Positions 26,757-30,571 of a stretch of DNA of 30,571 nucleotides are shown one piece after another. Every line of letters starts with the position of its first letter. Within the stretch, counting starts at the first letter, position 1. Both the position numbers and the translations under genes were made by a program. The stretch spans positions 1-30,571 of the IMG/VR virus record IMGVR_UViG_3300045118_000099, one strand, 5' to 3'. The notes under the pieces were generated by a model. That model did not search any database and had not been told where the DNA came from. It saw only the letters and a list, made by a program, of their open reading frames with translations. Source of the stretch: a virus (Duplodnaviria; Caudoviricetes).

Positions 26757-27794
26757 TTAGGCAATCCATTCTTTATGTTCGGTTTGCCACTTAATTGTAT
26801 TTTTTAACGACTCTTCAAAAGTTAATGGCGACTTCCAACCTAACTCATGGAGCTTTGTCATATCAAGTTGATAATGCCTATCATGTCCAGGGCGCAATGT
26901 ATGCACATTCACAACTTCATACTCAAAATCCTCTTTACCCATAAGTTTAGCAATCAACTTTGCCAATTCTAAATTATCAAGTTGCAAATCGCCTGCTATA
27001 TTATATCTATCTGGCCTATCAACTGCATCTGGGGTATGCAAGTGAGCTGGAAGTTTTTGAAGAATAAACAATAAAGCATCTGCAAAATTACGAGAATGAA
27101 TATAAGAACGAGAACCAATTTCTACTTTATCACCCCTTTTTTCACCATGAATAATTACTTTTTCATTATTAGCAATCCATTTTTGAACCATCACAGGAAA
27201 TTTAGAAGGTTGTTGCATTTCTCCAAAATTATTCATTGTATTGGTAATAATAACTGGCACATCATAAGTTCGCCAATAAGATATAGCAATCATTTCTTGC
27301 GCTGCCTTGCTTGCTGCATAAGGATTTGATGGTAAAAATACTCCCCACTCCTTAACTCCAATATCATTTTTATTAGCCACAGGGCCATAAACCTCATCAG
27401 TCGATATTTGTATAAATGCTTTTGGCTTCACCTTTCTCGCAAATTCAAGCATATTTATCGCAAGACTAATGTTATTTTGGACAAAAGGAACAGGGTCTTT
27501 AATACTTGCCTCAACATCAGACAAAGAAGCCATATTTATTATATAATCTATATGCCCTATCTCTCCTGCAACAACGGGCGACAAAGGATTAGTAAGGTCG
27601 TGAATAATAAGGTCATACCTGCTTATCCACTCAGGATGATTGTCGAAAATTACAGCATTCCTATTAAATAAACCCTTATGAACCATACTATCAATGCCAA
27701 CTATATCCCAATCAGTATTTGTAAAAATGTGGGTTATAACATGGGTTGCTATTGAGCCACCCGACCCTGTAAGCAAAACTCTTTTTTTATCCAT
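26757..27794 (-). CDS. rmlB: NDP-glucose 4,6-dehydratase (dTDP-glucose 4,6-dehydratase-like)
   Basis: Motifs TGSGGSIA, AS.SDVE.SI..P..F..NN, ISTDEVYG, PSNPYAASKA, RPGHD.HY. Confidence 0.8.
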   Translation of the reverse strand: MDKKRVLLTGSGGSIATHVITHIFTNTDWDIVGIDSMVHKGLFNRNAVIFDNHPEWISRYDLIIHDLTNPLSPVVAGEIGHIDYIINMASLSDVEASIKDPVPFVQNNISLAINMLEFARKVKPKAFIQISTDEVYGPVANKNDIGVKEWGVFLPSNPYAASKAAQEMIAISYWRTYDVPVIITNTMNNFGEMQQPSKFPVMVQKWIANNEKVIIHGEKRGDKVEIGSRSYIHSRNFADALLFILQKLPAHLHTPDAVDRPDRYNIAGDLQLDNLELAKLIAKLMGKEDFEYEVVNVHTLRPGHDRHYQLDMTKLHELGWKSPLTFEESLKNTIKWQTEHKEWIA

Positions 27795-28374
27795 ATTTTT
27801 GTTTTAAATAGTTAATTTCTTCTAATTTTTGCTCGTCTGTTAAAAGGTAGGTCATTTGATGATTTCCGACCCCTATCCCAACCTCTATGTCTATTAAAAT
27901 CTTGGGCTTACCAAATCTTTTTTCTAATCTTTTATACAAATCACAATCAAGCATCCACGACAATCTTTCATCAAAAAAAACATTTTTACCCAATCTATTT
28001 CTAAAAGCCAATGCAGAAGGTGAGCCAAGTTTATTATTGCCAGTATGAATATCATCTATCCATTTTGGTTCTTTATTGGTAGAAGCCGAAGTAATTACCC
28101 AGTCCACCTTTTTATCTAAAAATGCTTCATATAATTTTTCTAAATAATTATCAGATTCCAACCAGTCGTCTACATACAAAACCTTAATAATCTCACCTTT
28201 TGCAGACTCTATAACTCTATTAGAAGTTATAGGCATTGTAGAATGCTTTATTAAAATTACTTCGTAATCAGTAAAAGCTTGTTTTTCAATAGACTCTAAA
28301 CAATTTGTCAAAAAGAATTGCCAGTTTTTCATTCCAAAGTGAAATGGGATTGCAATAGAAATTTTAGGTGTCAT
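27787..28374 (-). CDS. Glycosyltransferase family 2-like (compact GT-A)
   Basis: Motifs ISIAIP, CLESI..Q.F.DYEVI, AKGEII..L..DD, GSPS, FDE.L...LDCD. Confidence 0.75.
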   Translation of the reverse strand: MTPKISIAIPFHFGMKNWQFFLTNCLESIEKQAFTDYEVILIKHSTMPITSNRVIESAKGEIIKVLYVDDWLESDNYLEKLYEAFLDKKVDWVITSASTNKEPKWIDDIHTGNNKLGSPSALAFRNRLGKNVFFDERLSWMLDCDLYKRLEKRFGKPKILIDIEVGIGVGNHQMTYLLTDEQKLEEINYLKQKYG

Positions 28375-29075
28375 TTTGGTAATGGAGTATTAACATTTGT
28401 TATTATATTAAGTTCAGGAAAATCCTTACTTATTTGTCCCCACAATTCAGTGGCGTGTTTGTTGGCTTCGTGAATCATAGAATGCTCTTTCGTTCGGTAT
28501 AACCATAAAACTTCGGGTATAGTAATCAACTTCTTTCCTCTTAAAAGCAAGTTGAATGTAAGATGCATATCTTCCCACCCACACCACATCTTCGGACTAT
28601 ACCCCCCTACTTCTAATAACACCTCTCTTTTGATTGCACTACAATAACCAACCCTATTGCCAACTTTAAAATCTTCTATTTTAGGGTCTGCCATTAAAAT
28701 AATCTCATTTTGCACTATTCCAAAACACTTAAACGAAGGAGAAATTATATCTGCGTTTGTTTCTTCTGCCATCTTTGTTATTTTTTCAATAGCATTTTCT
28801 AATAACATATCATCTGCGTCTAATGGCAACACATAATCCCCTGTTGCATTCATTATCCCAGTATTCCTTGCACTAGGCAGACCCCTATTAGTTTGTGATA
28901 TAACCTTAACTCCATCTTTTTCAAAACTTTTGGCAATTGCCAAACTATTGTCAGTTGACCCGTCATCAACAACAATTATTTCGTAAGCCTTAACAGACTG
29001 CTCTAATGCCGAACTTATGGCACTGGCGAGATATTGTTGCTGATTAAAAGATGGAATTATGATTGAAATTTTCAT
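28371..29075 (-). CDS. Glycosyltransferase family 2
   Basis: Motifs SIIIPSFN, VVDDGSTD, N.GL..ARN.G, LDADD, VGGY, ED. Likely start at 29075. Confidence 0.92.
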   Translation of the reverse strand: MKISIIIPSFNQQQYLASAISSALEQSVKAYEIIVVDDGSTDNSLAIAKSFEKDGVKVISQTNRGLPSARNTGIMNATGDYVLPLDADDMLLENAIEKITKMAEETNADIISPSFKCFGIVQNEIILMADPKIEDFKVGNRVGYCSAIKREVLLEVGGYSPKMWCGWEDMHLTFNLLLRGKKLITIPEVLWLYRTKEHSMIHEANKHATELWGQISKDFPELNIITNVNTPLPK

Positions 29076-29088
29076 ATTTATAAAGGAA

Positions 29089-29343
29089 TTAAAACAATGG
29101 CCTACCATTGATTGTTTTTCCTCTAAACTTTTCTCTTGTCTTATCTAATTCCTCCCAATACACTTCTTCCCAAGTTTTAACACCAAATACATTCATTAAC
29201 ATAATAACAAATGGAGTAAAAAGTATTATTGAAATCATAAGTATAATTTCATCTGTAGTGATATTTTTAAATAAAGGAACTACAAGTGAAATCATAAACA
29301 TTGCAATAATAACAATTAACGATATTCTAATTTTTTCATTCAT
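29089..29343 (-). CDS. Small membrane protein (2 predicted TM helices)
   Basis: Two hydrophobic stretches (ISLIVIIAMFMISLVVPLF; IILMISIILFTPFVIMLM) and a charged C-terminal tail. Confidence 0.6.
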   Translation of the reverse strand: MNEKIRISLIVIIAMFMISLVVPLFKNITTDEIILMISIILFTPFVIMLMNVFGVKTWEEVYWEELDKTREKFRGKTINGRPLF

Positions 29344-29368
29344 ATTTTTCCTCTTACGAGGTAGTTAA

Positions 29369-30394
29369 TTATAATGTTTTTAATTGTTCGTTAATTGCCT
29401 GTCCGCCTTCTTTATTCACAGAAAAACGCTTCGTTAAAGTGATAATCTTGGGCGAATAATTACGACCCCAAAGTTTGACATAATATTCTTGAATCAAACT
29501 ATCAGGATAAATATATGCCGGGGATAAAGTAATCACGGGTGGATTTTCTTTTAAATACTTATTCCAATGAGACTCGTCATTCCACCTTGCTACATAATTA
29601 CCTTTTTCAAAATCCAAATCAACAGTTTTTCTTATTGCTTTCATTGCTTTAATAAATTCTTTTGACTTTCCACCTTGAAATCCCCCAGCATAATAAGTAT
29701 TGCTGAAGGGAATATAGGCCGCAGATTCTGGGTTTGGCTCAAAGGGAGCAATATAATTTTGCCTCAAAGCATACATTGGATGTAAAGCCGCAGTTATCCC
29801 ATCACCTAAAATCTCATCTCCCACATAATTAACAAACAACATATCTATATCGCAATAGAAAATATAATCATATTCTTGCAATTTTTCCTCTTGTTGCAAA
29901 AATGTATGATAACGGAATAATGTAGGCAACGGCCACTCTACTGATTCAAGTTCAAAGAAATTAACCTCTTTTCTTGTTTTAACCAAATCGCCAATCAATT
30001 TATCCATATCCTTTATTTTATTATCGTCCATTAAAATTGCCGCAGAGGAGGCATCTATAACCGATGCTTTGGCCTGTCCTAACCTTAAATAACTTTCAGC
30101 AAGTTTTTGCCTAATTATTTCAGGATTATCCGGCAAATCCGACCATGCAAAATAATCAACCTGATGTCCTGGCAAGAAAAATTGTTTTGCCCCCTCTATA
30201 ACTTTTGGCATAAATTCCCAATAAGGTGAATTTAAACAAATAAAACAAAGGGCTACTTTGTATTTTGGCAACTCTTGTGATTGAACTGCATAATTGAAAA
30301 ACTCTTTAACCACCGAAACATCATTAGCAGAATATTCACCTTCAGTTCTCGTCTGAAAAAAATTGGAAGCCAATCTTGTAAGTTCCTCATTCAT
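29369..30394 (-). CDS. Glycosyltransferase family 6 (ABO blood-group transferase-like, DXD type)
   Basis: Motifs FFLPGHQVDYFAWSD, WP..TL.RY, YDYIFYCDIDM, HP, YYAGGFQGG, WNDESHWNKYL, LSPAY, matching the GT6 motif order. Confidence 0.9.
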   Translation of the reverse strand: MNEELTRLASNFFQTRTEGEYSANDVSVVKEFFNYAVQSQELPKYKVALCFICLNSPYWEFMPKVIEGAKQFFLPGHQVDYFAWSDLPDNPEIIRQKLAESYLRLGQAKASVIDASSAAILMDDNKIKDMDKLIGDLVKTRKEVNFFELESVEWPLPTLFRYHTFLQQEEKLQEYDYIFYCDIDMLFVNYVGDEILGDGITAALHPMYALRQNYIAPFEPNPESAAYIPFSNTYYAGGFQGGKSKEFIKAMKAIRKTVDLDFEKGNYVARWNDESHWNKYLKENPPVITLSPAYIYPDSLIQEYYVKLWGRNYSPKIITLTKRFSVNKEGGQAINEQLKTL

Positions 30395-30434
30395 TATTTT
30401 TAACTTTTTATTTGTTTTTATTATTTTTTCCCTT

Positions 30435-30571
30435 TTACTTTTTAATTAACTTACTTGCTTGAACCATTGTTATACCTGTCCAAATAATATAACCGCAACC
30501 TACTAAGGTAAGGAAATCTGTATCACTTCCTAAACCTACTAACACTGCCAATGACCAGACAATTATATTTA
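30435..30571 (-). CDS. Partial (5'-truncated) membrane protein
   Basis: Hand translation ...NIIVWSLAVLVGLGSDTDFLTLVGCGYIIWTGITMVQASKLIKK*, with two hydrophobic segments. Confidence 0.55.
   Translation of the reverse strand, partial: NIIVWSLAVLVGLGSDTDFLTLVGCGYIIWTGITMVQASKLIKK

Larger units (their letters stand above)
1..30571 (-). mobile_element. Tailed dsDNA phage/prophage fragment (late region; podovirus-like gene order)
   Basis: Co-oriented TerS, TerL, portal, scaffold, major capsid, adaptor, nozzle and ejection genes. No tape measure, sheath or tail-tube gene is recognisable, and no host housekeeping genes, integrase or att site are visible. Confidence 0.95.

Noticed and set aside
29089-29343. 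Holin or GtrA-like flippase call for the 2-TM protein
   Set aside because: No adjacent endolysin, and too few helices for GtrA; function unsupported.
255-29368. The many plus-strand ORFs of 60-130 aa in the track
   Set aside because: They are antisense shadows of well-supported minus-strand genes, with F/L/S/I-biased composition and no motifs.
19837-30394. Host O-antigen/capsule locus flanking a prophage
   Set aside because: No wzx/wzy/wzz, ABC exporter, priming transferase or att/integrase boundary. The genes are compact, interspersed with small phage-like ORFs and run straight into TerS.
1-30571. Stop-codon reassignment (code 15, 4 or 25)
   Set aside because: Genes are full length in code 11, and TAG (e.g. 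10510, 12959) and TGA (ATGA overlaps) act as ordinary stops.
1-30571. CRISPR array, tRNA or rRNA genes
   Set aside because: Intergenic gaps are all under ~90 nt, and I saw no spaced direct repeats or cloverleaf.

Overview
The window is a 30.6 kb fragment of an AT-rich tailed dsDNA phage or prophage. Almost all genes are on the minus strand, tightly packed, with many start/stop overlaps, read in standard code 11. In transcription order (right to left) it has four parts. (1) A ~10.5 kb glycan-biosynthesis cluster: ABO-type GT6, two GT2, RmlB-like 4,6-dehydratase, two GT11, tyvelose-epimerase-like SDR, compact SDR epimerase, His-type PLP 3-dehydratase (RfbH/ColD-like), DUF5672, DUF3431-like, FkbM methyltransferase and GT17. 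(2) Directly downstream, TerS, an HNH endonuclease, TerL and portal. (3) A head module: small proteins, Zn-finger protein, scaffold and major capsid protein. (4) A podovirus-like tail and ejection module: adaptor, fibre, nozzle, two ejection proteins (one ending in an ADP-ribosyltransferase-like domain), and a >1041 aa fibre-like ORF missing from the ORF track whose last ~285 visible residues contain 38 Cys in CxW repeats. The best candidate for a novel system is phage-encoded cytoplasmic glycosylation, possibly building a blood-group-A-like glycan containing a 3,6-dideoxyhexose, with Ser-(Val/Ile)-rich virion proteins as candidate acceptors. All family calls come from motif recognition by eye; no database search was run.
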